Positions 24,160 to 31,766 of a stretch of DNA of 34,512 nt are shown here, one piece after another (positions within the stretch are counted from its first letter, which is position 1; each line of letters opens with the position of its first letter). The stretch lies in contig CALMGO010000489.1 of NCBI GenBank assembly GCA_937863625.1, positions 1 through 34,512 of the forward strand, in the 5' to 3' direction. The position numbers and the translations under genes were made by a program. Origin of the DNA: an uncultured bacterium (GTDB lineage Bacteria > Planctomycetota > DG-23 > SLPQ01). The notes under the pieces are model-generated. The model was not told the origin of the DNA and ran no database searches. It saw nothing but the letters and a program-made list of their open reading frames with translations.

Positions 24160-26084
24160 TGGCAGACATCCAGACGATACGCAAGAGCTTCCCGCAGTAC
24201 GACGACATGACCGACGAGCAGTTTGCCGACGCTCTGCACCGCAAATACTACTCGGACGTTCCTATCGAGGAGTTCCAGCAAAAGATGGGGGTGACGAAAC
24301 CCAGCCAGGACGGGGCCTCGTACTCTGCCCGCATGGTTGCCGGAAAAGAGTCCGACCCCACTCGCAAACTGGAAGTGCTGAAGTCCTTCTACCCTGACGC
24401 GAAGCCCTACGGCTCAGACAATTACGTGTTCACCGATCCCAAGACCCAAAAGCCTACGGTCTACAACCCGTCCGGGTTCGACTTCGGAGACGTGGCCGGG
24501 TCTGCCCGCGAAATCCTCCAGGCTGCAACGGGTATCGCGACCATGCCCGCCAGCCTTACGGGCGTGGGTGCGTTAGGGTCTGCCGCAGCAGTTGCCGGAA
24601 CCGGTCAGGCTTACGACTCCGTTGCCGACCTCCTTGCCGGTGTTCCGCAGAAGCCCGTGATCGACAAAGCCAAGGAGGCCGCAGTCGAAACGGGAGCGGG
24701 CTATCTCGGTGGTGCCGCACTCGGCGGGGCTATGCAGGGGGTTGGGGGGTTCCTTTCGCCCATAAAGGCGAAGGCCCTGGACGCTTGGAAGACGCTCGAC
24801 CTTGCCCCCCCGTCCGTTGGGGCACTGACAGGCGGGCATCGTGGCTGGAACATGTTGGAGAGCGCAGCCGCGAACCTTGTGCCGTCCGCATCCACTATGA
24901 CCAACGCAGCAGACGCGGCCCGCGCTGGCTTGAAGACCCGCGTGGACGACATAGCGGCCAGGGCTGGCAGCGGGGCAGCACCGGACACCGTGGAGGGCAT
25001 CGGTTCCTACGTGGTCAACAAGGCCAAGGGCGCGAAGGAGGCTTTCCAGAAGGAAGCAGACGACGCGGCCACCGCGTTCTTTGACGGCAACTCGAACCCT
25101 ATCTGGAACCGCATCGGCAACAGTCCGGCCAGCCTGAACGCGACCCTGGCGTATGTTGACGACCTGACCAAGAACCTTTCCCCGCAAGCAGCGGCGGAGG
25201 CTAAGCAGTCGCTGCTCAATGTCATTGGCACCGAGCTTTCAGACTACCGCAACGGCGGGCTGAACATCGACACGCTTCGCGCACTGCGAACAAAGCTGTC
25301 CGCCATGGTTGGCGAGAACACCCCACTGGCGACCACGATGGGCGTTGACAAGGCAAAGCTCATCGGCCTGAAGGACGCGCTGGAAAAGGACGTGGTAGCC
25401 GGTCTGACGGAACCAGCCGACAAGGCCGCTTACGAGTCCTTCCAGGGCTGGTACTCTGGGAAGAAGCAGACTCTGAACGACCTGAACAAGTTCCTCCAGG
25501 GGCGCACGGAAAAGGCTGTCGGGGATCGGGTTACTAGCCCCGGCGTCTCAAGCTCTGAACTCGAACTGCTGCGGAATGCGTTGGGTGAGGACGCGTTCAA
25601 GGACATCTCCTCCGGTGTGATCCGCCGTATGGGTATGACCAAACCGGGCGTGTCTGGCATGGAGCCCGAGTTCTCCCCTCGCTCGTTCCAAACCACGCTA
25701 AACTCCCTGACGCCCGAGGCCCGCGCCATGTTTGAATCCGCCATAGCATCCGGGGACGTCCCCGCGTGGCAGGCCCTCGAAATAGCTGTGGACGGCATGA
25801 ACAAGGGCGCGAAGGTGTTGAACACCTCGAACACTGCCGGAAACCTGAATGCGCAGAACATCTTGCAAGGCGGTTTGCTGACGGGAGCGGCTTGGAATGA
25901 CCCCGTTTCCACGCTCGTGGCCGCATCCATGCCCTACGGGTTCGCAAAGGCTACCACCTCGCCGACCATCCAACAGGCAATGGCAAACCAGCGTTACCAG
26001 AAAATCCTTGGGCTGCTGGGAGAATCCATCGTCCCGACGACCGCCCGCGTGGGTGGTGAAATCATCGGAGGGCAGTTCAACTAA
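24159..26084 (+). CDS. internal virion/ejection-type protein (641 aa)
   Basis: Large A/G-rich protein with hydrophobic G/A stretches. TAATG overlaps at both ends. Third of three large genes, as in podovirus ejection-protein sets. Confidence 0.5.
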   Translation: MADIQTIRKSFPQYDDMTDEQFADALHRKYYSDVPIEEFQQKMGVTKPSQDGASYSARMVAGKESDPTRKLEVLKSFYPDAKPYGSDNYVFTDPKTQKPTVYNPSGFDFGDVAGSAREILQAATGIATMPASLTGVGALGSAAAVAGTGQAYDSVADLLAGVPQKPVIDKAKEAAVETGAGYLGGAALGGAMQGVGGFLSPIKAKALDAWKTLDLAPPSVGALTGGHRGWNMLESAAANLVPSASTMTNAADAARAGLKTRVDDIAARAGSGAAPDTVEGIGSYVVNKAKGAKEAFQKEADDAATAFFDGNSNPIWNRIGNSPASLNATLAYVDDLTKNLSPQAAAEAKQSLLNVIGTELSDYRNGGLNIDTLRALRTKLSAMVGENTPLATTMGVDKAKLIGLKDALEKDVVAGLTEPADKAAYESFQGWYSGKKQTLNDLNKFLQGRTEKAVGDRVTSPGVSSSELELLRNALGEDAFKDISSGVIRRMGMTKPGVSGMEPEFSPRSFQTTLNSLTPEARAMFESAIASGDVPAWQALEIAVDGMNKGAKVLNTSNTAGNLNAQNILQGGLLTGAAWNDPVSTLVAASMPYGFAKATTSPTIQQAMANQRYQKILGLLGESIVPTTARVGGEIIGGQFN

Positions 26085-26392
26085 TGGCCTACACACGCAC
26101 GACCACTATCGACGCATCCCCCACGGGAGACACCGCCAAGCAGGCCGTTCTAGACCTGGACACCGACCTTACGGGGGCGTTTGCAGGGCTGAACTCGCTC
26201 GACGCGGCCAAGCTCGCACGGTCCACCGTAACGACCAAGGGTGACCTGTTGGCCGCAACGGGGTCGGCCACCATTGCCCGCGTTGCTGTCGGGACGGCAG
26301 GGCAGGCCCTTGTCGCAGACTCCACCGCCGCGGCCGGTGTCGCGTGGAAAACCATATCATCCAGCCCGTGGGCGGGCGAATTTTTCAGCTAA
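26084..26392 (+). CDS. tail fibre N-terminal-type protein
   Basis: TTKGDLLAATGSATIARVAVGTAGQALVADSTAAAGVAW matches the common fibre motif KGDLL..TG.G...RL.VG..GQVL.AD......G..W. Confidence 0.55.
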   Translation: MAYTRTTTIDASPTGDTAKQAVLDLDTDLTGAFAGLNSLDAAKLARSTVTTKGDLLAATGSATIARVAVGTAGQALVADSTAAAGVAWKTISSSPWAGEFFS

Positions 26393-26404
26393 GGAGCCAC
26401 ACGC

Positions 26405-26776
26405 ATGCCCCAGGACGTTACGAAAAAGGCCTTTTCCGCATCCACCAACGGCAAGCGGATCAAGGTCACGGCTACATCCTCGCCAGGGACCACCATCCAT
26501 ACCGTGACCACCACCGTCGGCACTGTCGAAGATATCTACCTGGATATGGTAAACAACCACACCGCTGCTGTGGATGTGCACGTGGAATTCGGAGGAACCA
26601 CCGACCCTGACGACGTTGTGCACTATTACGGGGTTCCGGCAAAGACTGCTATGGCCGGGGCCATCCCGTTGCACCGTGGGTCGCTCATCGGCGCTGCCTC
26701 CCCGCCCGTGGTGAAGGTATGGGCCAGCGTGGCGAACGTCATCACCATCGGTGGCGATGTGAACTCCGGGGCCTAG
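26405..26776 (+). CDS. hypothetical structural protein (beta-rich, 123 aa)
   Basis: AAGGAG RBS. Lies within the fibre cluster. Confidence 0.55.
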   Translation: MPQDVTKKAFSASTNGKRIKVTATSSPGTTIHTVTTTVGTVEDIYLDMVNNHTAAVDVHVEFGGTTDPDDVVHYYGVPAKTAMAGAIPLHRGSLIGAASPPVVKVWASVANVITIGGDVNSGA

Positions 26777-26778
26777 CC

Positions 26779-27459
26779 ATGCGTACAGAACGCGCCGACA
26801 TGCGGCGCAACCTGGGCGATGACTTCGGCCTCACGTGGGAAGGCGCAAGTGTTTCGTATGTCGGGCCGAACTCCTTCAGCCTCGCCGGGATCGACTTGAC
26901 CGGGAGATACCTTCCCGGAGTTATTGTGCGCGTGCCTGGGAGCCGCGCGCTGGCCTCTGTCCTCTGGTCGTCTTTCTCGACAAACACCACGGTCTATCTG
27001 TCTGACGCCGTGTGTTCTTCCGGAATGTCTGGCGTTCAGTACGCGGCGCAGGCCAGGCCGTTCGTAGCTCTCACCCCGGCCAGCGCCAACGCCACATATA
27101 CCCAGAGCGGTTTCCCGGCTTCGTACATATACGATGGGTCTGTGTACTCAAACTGGAGCGATGGAACAAACGCGTCTTCTGGTACTGCTCTCGGTCTGGT
27201 TTTTTCGTCTGCTAAAAAGGTGAGGGCGCTGCGTATTTCGCAATTTCCCACTCGCGGCGTGACGGGTGTGAACGTGCAATATTACAACGGATCATCCTGG
27301 GTAACGCATGTTTCGCTGACGCTACACCCGTCTATTATGGCAACGGAAACCCTTTACTTCGACCCGCCTGCCAGCGGCTACACGCAATGGCAAATCGTTT
27401 CAACAACTGCACCGTACTTCGCCACCTGGGCGGTACTTGAACTCTCAATGAGCGAGTGA
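26779..27459 (+). CDS. receptor-binding-type protein with discoidin/CBM-like C-terminal domain
   Basis: The C-terminal half (ASYIYDGSVYSNWSDG...LRISQFPTRGVTGVNVQYYNGSSW...WAVLELS) resembles galactose-binding-domain-like folds. Confidence 0.45.
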   Translation: MRTERADMRRNLGDDFGLTWEGASVSYVGPNSFSLAGIDLTGRYLPGVIVRVPGSRALASVLWSSFSTNTTVYLSDAVCSSGMSGVQYAAQARPFVALTPASANATYTQSGFPASYIYDGSVYSNWSDGTNASSGTALGLVFSSAKKVRALRISQFPTRGVTGVNVQYYNGSSWVTHVSLTLHPSIMATETLYFDPPASGYTQWQIVSTTAPYFATWAVLELSMSE

Positions 27460-27462
27460 ACC

Positions 27463-28020
27463 ATGATCGCAATCATATTCGATGGAACTATGGCGATTGG
27501 CCCCATGGAGTGGTCCGCACTTGTGGCTGGGGACCATCTCTATCAGCTCGGGTACACGCGCCGTGACGGCGTGCTGCACGGGCCAGCGGGCCAGACTGTA
27601 ACGCTTCCGAGCGCGGAGCCGACCTCCGCGCTTGACCTACCGGGGTTTCGAGTCCTCCCCGTGATCCAGGCTGACGCATCCCCGCCTGAAGGCAAGGCGC
27701 TGTCCGGCCACGCCCCTGTGATCCTCGCCGATTGTGTGGAAATGCGCCCGGTGTGGGTGGACTTGCCGCCGTCTCCTGGGGGCGCTGTGCAAGCCTTAAC
27801 CAAGCTCGAATTCCTGGCCCTGTTCACCGACGAAGAAAAGGTGCGCCTCAAATCCCTGGAGTCCACGGACCCCACCGTGGCCCTGTTCTGGGAGGAATAC
27901 CGCACGGCGGACAGCATCCTCCTGGATGACCAGCGCGTGATTCGTGGGCTGGAATATCTGGCCGCTGCGGGACACCTTACAGCAGAGCGCAAGGCCGCAA
28001 TTCTGGCTGGTGGGTCGTGA
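27463..28020 (+). CDS. hypothetical protein (185 aa)
   Basis: Coding-like bias. GTGA overlap with the next gene. Confidence 0.6.
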   Translation: MIAIIFDGTMAIGPMEWSALVAGDHLYQLGYTRRDGVLHGPAGQTVTLPSAEPTSALDLPGFRVLPVIQADASPPEGKALSGHAPVILADCVEMRPVWVDLPPSPGGAVQALTKLEFLALFTDEEKVRLKSLESTDPTVALFWEEYRTADSILLDDQRVIRGLEYLAAAGHLTAERKAAILAGGS

Positions 28021-28301
28021 GCAAGACCGTCGTAATCAAAGAGACCGTGCGCGTTGGCGATACGCTGGACGTAACGGTGAACGCGACGCTTGAGGCCGGT
28101 GATTCAATCTCCTCGGTCACGTGGTCGTCTGTGCGCGGCGGTGTGGTCATTTCCGGGGAGAACAATTCTAGCGCGGCGCTATCCGCGTTCATTGAGTGCC
28201 CGGCTCGGGGAATAGCCTTCGCCCGCGCCCTTGTTGAAACCACCGGGGGGCAAAAGCGCTCCGTCATAATCAAAATCGCCGTGCTTGATCTGGCGGTGTA
28301 G
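28017..28301 (+). CDS. hypothetical beta-rich protein (94 aa)
   Basis: GTG 28017 overlaps the upstream TGA. Ig-like alternating pattern. Confidence 0.55.
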   Translation: MSKTVVIKETVRVGDTLDVTVNATLEAGDSISSVTWSSVRGGVVISGENNSSAALSAFIECPARGIAFARALVETTGGQKRSVIIKIAVLDLAV

Positions 28302-28310
28302 GAGACTAAG

Positions 28311-28784
28311 ATGAAAAGGAATTTCCGCATTTCTGCCTTGCTTTCCGCCTTGCTGGTGGGCCTACTACTCATCGCGTCGGATGCGTATGCGCTCAAGCTG
28401 TCCGCTGCGGTGCGCAATGCCCGCCTTGATGCTATTGAAGCCACAATCGGAACTTCCCCGGTCCTCGAAATCCGCAGCGGGTCCGCCCCGGCTGCGATCA
28501 CTGACGCCGACAGCGGGACCCTGCTCGCGTCCATGACGCTGCCCTCGGACTGGATGGCGGCGGCGTCGTCCGGTTCCAAGGCGCTTTCCGGCACGTGGCA
28601 GGACACTTCCGCCGACGCTACCGGGACCGCTGCCCACTGGCGGCTGAAGTCAAGCGGAGGGACCGTCCACCTGCAAGGGACCTGCGGAACGTCCGGGGCG
28701 GAACTCAACCTGTCCAGTACCAGCCTGACGGCAGGGCAACAGGTGAGCGTCACCAGCTTCAGCCTCGCGGACGGGAACCCGTAG
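28311..28784 (+). CDS. secreted/periplasmic protein with Sec signal peptide
   Basis: MKRNFRISALLSALLVGLLLIASDAYA-LK is a classical signal peptide with an A-x-A site. AGGAG RBS. Confidence 0.65.
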   Translation: MKRNFRISALLSALLVGLLLIASDAYALKLSAAVRNARLDAIEATIGTSPVLEIRSGSAPAAITDADSGTLLASMTLPSDWMAAASSGSKALSGTWQDTSADATGTAAHWRLKSSGGTVHLQGTCGTSGAELNLSSTSLTAGQQVSVTSFSLADGNP

Positions 28785-28788
28785 TCTC

Positions 28789-28947
28789 GTGCATCCCGAA
28801 ACTCGCCGCGCCCTTGTCGGGTGGGTCGTACAACATCTGCGCTCAATGCTGGAGCGCGGCGAGGTGGACAAGATGACCGCAAAACAAACGCTGATGGCGG
28901 CCCTGGGGCGTGCGTTGCGCTCCTGCGGGCTGCGGAGGATGCCCTGA
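28789..28947 (+). CDS. 52-codon ORF (doubtful)
   Basis: GTG 28789; its TGA overlaps ATG 28947 (TGATG). Confidence 0.35.
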   Translation: MHPETRRALVGWVVQHLRSMLERGEVDKMTAKQTLMAALGRALRSCGLRRMP

Positions 28948-29345
28948 TGGCCGAATTTCTTCTGTACTACCGTGACCCGGAACGGGGTTACGAAATAGGC
29001 GACGTGGTCCACGTTCTGCCTGACGGGGCCGCTTGGGGCAGCATGGAGTGCGTTGACGACTTCCTGGTGGTGCGCCTGCCCGGAATGCCGATTTGGGATG
29101 CCCACGCGTACATACAGCCGCTGGAGCGCGAGACTAACACGGGGCTCTGGCGTCACGCCTGGTCTCATGACGGGTACACGGAGCCGACATTTGAGATGGT
29201 CTCCCGCCGTCGCTGGAAGCTCGACATCAACGCCAGCATGGCCGCAAGTGGGATCGACCCAGATGCGTTTGGACGTGTGTACTGCGAGGACTGGCTTGTG
29301 CATGAGATCATCACGCCCGTGTGGGTGGATAAGGCGGCAGCGTAG
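28947..29345 (+). CDS. hypothetical protein (132 aa)
   Basis: GGAGGA 8 nt before ATG 28947. The stop overlaps the spike start (TAGTG). Confidence 0.6.
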   Translation: MAEFLLYYRDPERGYEIGDVVHVLPDGAAWGSMECVDDFLVVRLPGMPIWDAHAYIQPLERETNTGLWRHAWSHDGYTEPTFEMVSRRRWKLDINASMAASGIDPDAFGRVYCEDWLVHEIITPVWVDKAAA

Positions 29346-30682
29346 TGCCTACCGAAGTCATATCCAGGATCAAGGCGTCCGGAGGAGAATACACAAACCT
29401 GTCTGCCTGGGAAGCTGCGCGTAACGCAAATCTTGTCGCTGGCGATAGGGTAGAAATAGCTGAGGTCTACGGAGACATAAACGCGGGAGGTTGCACTTTC
29501 GCAGGCTGGACGATGGACGATACCCGCTATGCTATCGTTCGGCCAGCCGCCGGAGAGCGACATGCCGGGGTTTGGGATGACGCCAAGGCACGCGCCACCG
29601 TTTCGACAGGGAGTTGTTTCGTTATTGACGGCCTAAACAGCATGAAGGTCGTGATAGATGGGATGCAACTGGGCCTTACTGGGACTCAGACATATTCATC
29701 AGCAGTTTCATCCACCACTAGTGCCGTAGGGTCACTGCACGTAATTGGCTGCATACAGAAAGGGCCTGGAACTTTTGACGGGAACTGCGGTGTTAGGGTT
29801 GGTGTAGCTGGAAATTTCTATTTTGTGGCAAACATCATTTACGATTTTTATTCAGCAGCGAACCAATTCACCTGCGGCATACGAAATACATCCGCATCTT
29901 CTGCTGTTTATGCGTATAACAACACATTGTATAACTGTGGCAGAGGAGTAAAAGATGATTATTCAAACATACGTGCCAAAAATAACCTAGCGCGTGCGTG
30001 CGTCGATGGTTACCAAGGAACCTTCCACGCAGACTCAACGCACAACGCCTCCGATATAGCGAGTGACGGTCCTGCAACTGGACGTGTAACGTTTTCAACT
30101 GGCTTTGAGAGCGCGGCAGCCAGGGATTTGCACATCACGACGACGGACGCGGCATCACTGGTCGGTACGGACTTGTCTGCCGATGCCTACTACCCATTTA
30201 ACACCGACATAGACGCCCAGACGGTCACCGCATGGAGCATCGGCGCGGACGCGCAAGCTGGGGCTTCGGGAGGAGGCGGCATCACCGGGTCCGCCGCCAT
30301 CACCCTCGACGATGCCACCGTATCCGCTGCCGGTTCGACGGTTGACCCCGTTACGGGGACAGGCGCGATCACCCTGGACGATGCTACCGTTTCCGCATCC
30401 GGCTCCATCACGGAGCCTGTCACCGGGTCGGCGTCTGTCACCCTTGGGGATGTTACGGCGTCCGGGGTGGGGTCGGTCACAGACCCGATCACGGGCAGTG
30501 CGTCAATTACGCTGGGCGATGCAGTGGTAACGGCCACGGGGGGCGGCGCGGACATGGCGGGCGGCGGCATCCAGTTGTATGTGGACTTGCGCCCCTTGTC
30601 GTACTCAGTGGATTTGCGTCCGGTGTCTTATACCGTAGATTTGCGCCCGGTGTCGCTGCGCGTGGACTTGCGGGCGGCGTGA
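29345..30682 (+). CDS. tail spike/fibre with right-handed beta-helix-like core and repeat-rich C-terminus
   Basis: The N-terminal pattern GGEYTNLSAWEAA...GDRVEIAEVYGD...FAGW and successive short beta-rung-like segments are typical of pectate-lyase-fold phage spikes. Last structural gene before the att region. Confidence 0.6.
   Translation: MPTEVISRIKASGGEYTNLSAWEAARNANLVAGDRVEIAEVYGDINAGGCTFAGWTMDDTRYAIVRPAAGERHAGVWDDAKARATVSTGSCFVIDGLNSMKVVIDGMQLGLTGTQTYSSAVSSTTSAVGSLHVIGCIQKGPGTFDGNCGVRVGVAGNFYFVANIIYDFYSAANQFTCGIRNTSASSAVYAYNNTLYNCGRGVKDDYSNIRAKNNLARACVDGYQGTFHADSTHNASDIASDGPATGRVTFSTGFESAAARDLHITTTDAASLVGTDLSADAYYPFNTDIDAQTVTAWSIGADAQAGASGGGGITGSAAITLDDATVSAAGSTVDPVTGTGAITLDDATVSASGSITEPVTGSASVTLGDVTASGVGSVTDPITGSASITLGDAVVTATGGGADMAGGGIQLYVDLRPLSYSVDLRPVSYTVDLRPVSLRVDLRAA
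30281..30556 (+). repeat. four tandem 69-bp (23-aa) repeats inside the spike gene
   Basis: ITGSAAITLDDATVSAAGSTVDP / VTGTGAITLDDATVSASGSITEP / VTGSASVTLGDVTASGVGSVTDP / ITGSASITLGDAVVTATGGGADM. Confidence 0.85.
30581..30679 (+). repeat. 3.6 tandem 27-bp (9-aa) repeats at the extreme C-terminus of the spike
   Basis: VDLRPLSYS / VDLRPVSYT / VDLRPVSLR / VDLRAA-stop. Nucleotide differences between copies are mostly synonymous. Confidence 0.85.
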
Positions 30683-30696
30683 GGGTAGGGTCAGCC

Positions 30697-30777
30697 ATGC
30701 GAAACGCGCTATTTGCCCTGCTCATCGACGCGGGGCTGGCTAGGCCCTACACGGGCAAGGGCAAGAAACCGTGGTGA
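30697..30777 (+). CDS. 26-codon ORF (doubtful)
   Basis: MRNALFALLIDAGLARPYTGKGKKPW, with GAGGG/AGGG upstream. Confidence 0.3.
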   Translation: MRNALFALLIDAGLARPYTGKGKKPW

Positions 30778-30802
30778 ACTACTCGAAAACTTCGAAGGGT
30801 TG

Positions 30803-30832
30803 GGCCGTCCGCGAGGGCGGCCTTTTCGGTTT
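30803..30832 (+). terminator. intrinsic terminator ending the late operon
   Basis: GGCCGTCC-GCGA-GGGCGGCC (8-bp stem with one G-U pair, GNRA loop), followed by TTTTCGGTTT. Confidence 0.65.
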
Positions 30833-30860
30833 GCAAACAGTATGCAGGGTGCATTCCGTT

Positions 30861-30909
30861 TTGACCATTTTTGACCATTTTTGACCAGTCCACCCAAACC
30901 CCTTGACCA
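30861..30909 (+). repeat. TTGACCA direct repeats (three at exact 10-bp spacing plus a fourth); arm-type recombinase-site-like
   Basis: TTGACCA at 30861, 30871, 30881 and 30903. The first three sit in a TTTTGACCAT tandem unit. Confidence 0.8.
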
Positions 30910-30931
30910 TGCCTTAGCCCGCGTGTATCAA
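30903..30931 (+). promoter_or_regulatory. promoter-like element upstream of the tRNA fragment
   Basis: -35 TTGACC (30903-30908), 17-nt spacer, -10 TATCAA (30926-30931). It ends 16 nt before tRNA position 1. Confidence 0.35.
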
Positions 30932-30947
30932 GCGTTTCCGCGAGATA

Positions 30948-30988
30948 GCCAGCGTAGCTCAGTTGGTAGAGCAGCTGATTCGTAATCA
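30948..30988 (+). tRNA. tRNA-Thr(CGU) 5-prime half only (positions 1-41); not a complete gene; probable att core
   Basis: GCCAGCG TA GCTC AGTTGGTA GAGC A GCTGA TTCGTAA TCA gives an acceptor 5-prime strand, a full D arm, and an anticodon stem-loop with CGT. No variable loop, T arm or acceptor 3-prime strand follows. Confidence 0.7.
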
Positions 30989-31044
30989 TCCTGCGGACAA
31001 GCGATACCAACGCCTCTCGGACGAGTAGTGTGCAAATGGTATGC

Positions 31045-31073
31045 AAAGGCCCCTTTTGGGGCCTTTTTATTTG
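31045..31073. terminator. bidirectional intrinsic terminator between the tRNA fragment and the integrase remnant
   Basis: AAAGGCCCC-TTTT-GGGGCCTTT followed by TTATTTG on the plus strand. An A-run precedes it, so it is also usable from the minus strand. Confidence 0.7.
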
Positions 31074-31297
31074 TCCGATTTTCCCAAGTCGATTGGCCCG
31101 CCCCGGATGACCTTGAGCGCGGCAACTTGGCGGGTGTTCGTGACGTGCGCGTAAATCTCGACGGCCCGGCGGTCTGTATGTCCCAACAGGTCTCCGATGG
31201 TGGCGTCATCTATGCCGCCCTCCTTGAGGAGCACGGCGAATGTATGACGGAGCTTGTGCAAGGTTATGTCCGCACGGCTCCCTACCCCCTTCCCGTC
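31067..31297 (-). pseudogene. int: tyrosine integrase, C-terminal remnant only (box II)
   Basis: ADITLHKLRHTFAVLLKEGGIDDATIGDLLGHTDRRAVEIYAHV contains H-x-L-R-H, L-G-H and the catalytic Tyr context. Upstream, the same frame becomes Arg/Pro-rich nonsense. No box I or N-terminal domains appear in any frame. Confidence 0.75.
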
Positions 31298-31764
31298 GCG
31301 GGCGTGCGGTGCAGCAGCGCGGCGAGGCCGCAGTCCGGGGCGTGCGCTCTGGCCGACACCTCGAGGATGTCGTAATTTTCCTCGGGCCTGCTGACGCGGC
31401 ATTCGGGGCATACGTGGTCGCGTCCCCAGGACGTGTCGCTGCCGGACCACTCCAGCCTTTCCAGCATCTCCCGCATGGCCCGCAGGTCCGCGTCACGTTG
31501 GGCCAAAGTGCACACCAGGGCGTTGATGTACCCCGTGGTCGCTGCGCGGCTTGTGGGGGAATCCTCGTACTGTTCGCGCATGCCAGAGAGTCTTTCGTCG
31601 GTGCTGGGCGTCTTCCATTTTCGCAGCTCAGATTTCATGGCCCGCAGGTCGGCTATCATCGCGGGGAGGGCTTCGACTCCAGCCTGCATCCCGGCGAGGC
31701 GTTCCAGCATGTCCGTGCTCTTCATGTGGCGCTCTATGGCGTCGAGATCGTATGTGCTGGTCAT
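31282..31764 (-). CDS. hypothetical coiled-coil protein with C-terminal CPEC...H-x-PDC motif
   Basis: AAGGA RBS before ATG 31764. The 160-aa ORF ends where the integrase homology begins. Confidence 0.6.
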   Translation of the reverse strand: MTSTYDLDAIERHMKSTDMLERLAGMQAGVEALPAMIADLRAMKSELRKWKTPSTDERLSGMREQYEDSPTSRAATTGYINALVCTLAQRDADLRAMREMLERLEWSGSDTSWGRDHVCPECRVSRPEENYDILEVSARAHAPDCGLAALLHRTPATGRG

Positions 31765-31766
31765 TG

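Noticed and set aside
29345-30682. Diversity-generating retroelement targeting the fibre/spike C-terminus.
   Set aside because: No reverse-transcriptase ORF (no Y-x-D-D-type motif) occurs anywhere in the window. There is no second template-repeat copy with adenine-specific differences. The repeats are in-frame tandem units.
30948-31030. Complete tRNA gene.
   Set aside because: Only positions 1-41 fit a cloverleaf. The following sequence has no T arm (GGTTCGAnTCC) and no complement to the acceptor strand. It is reported as a 5-prime fragment instead.
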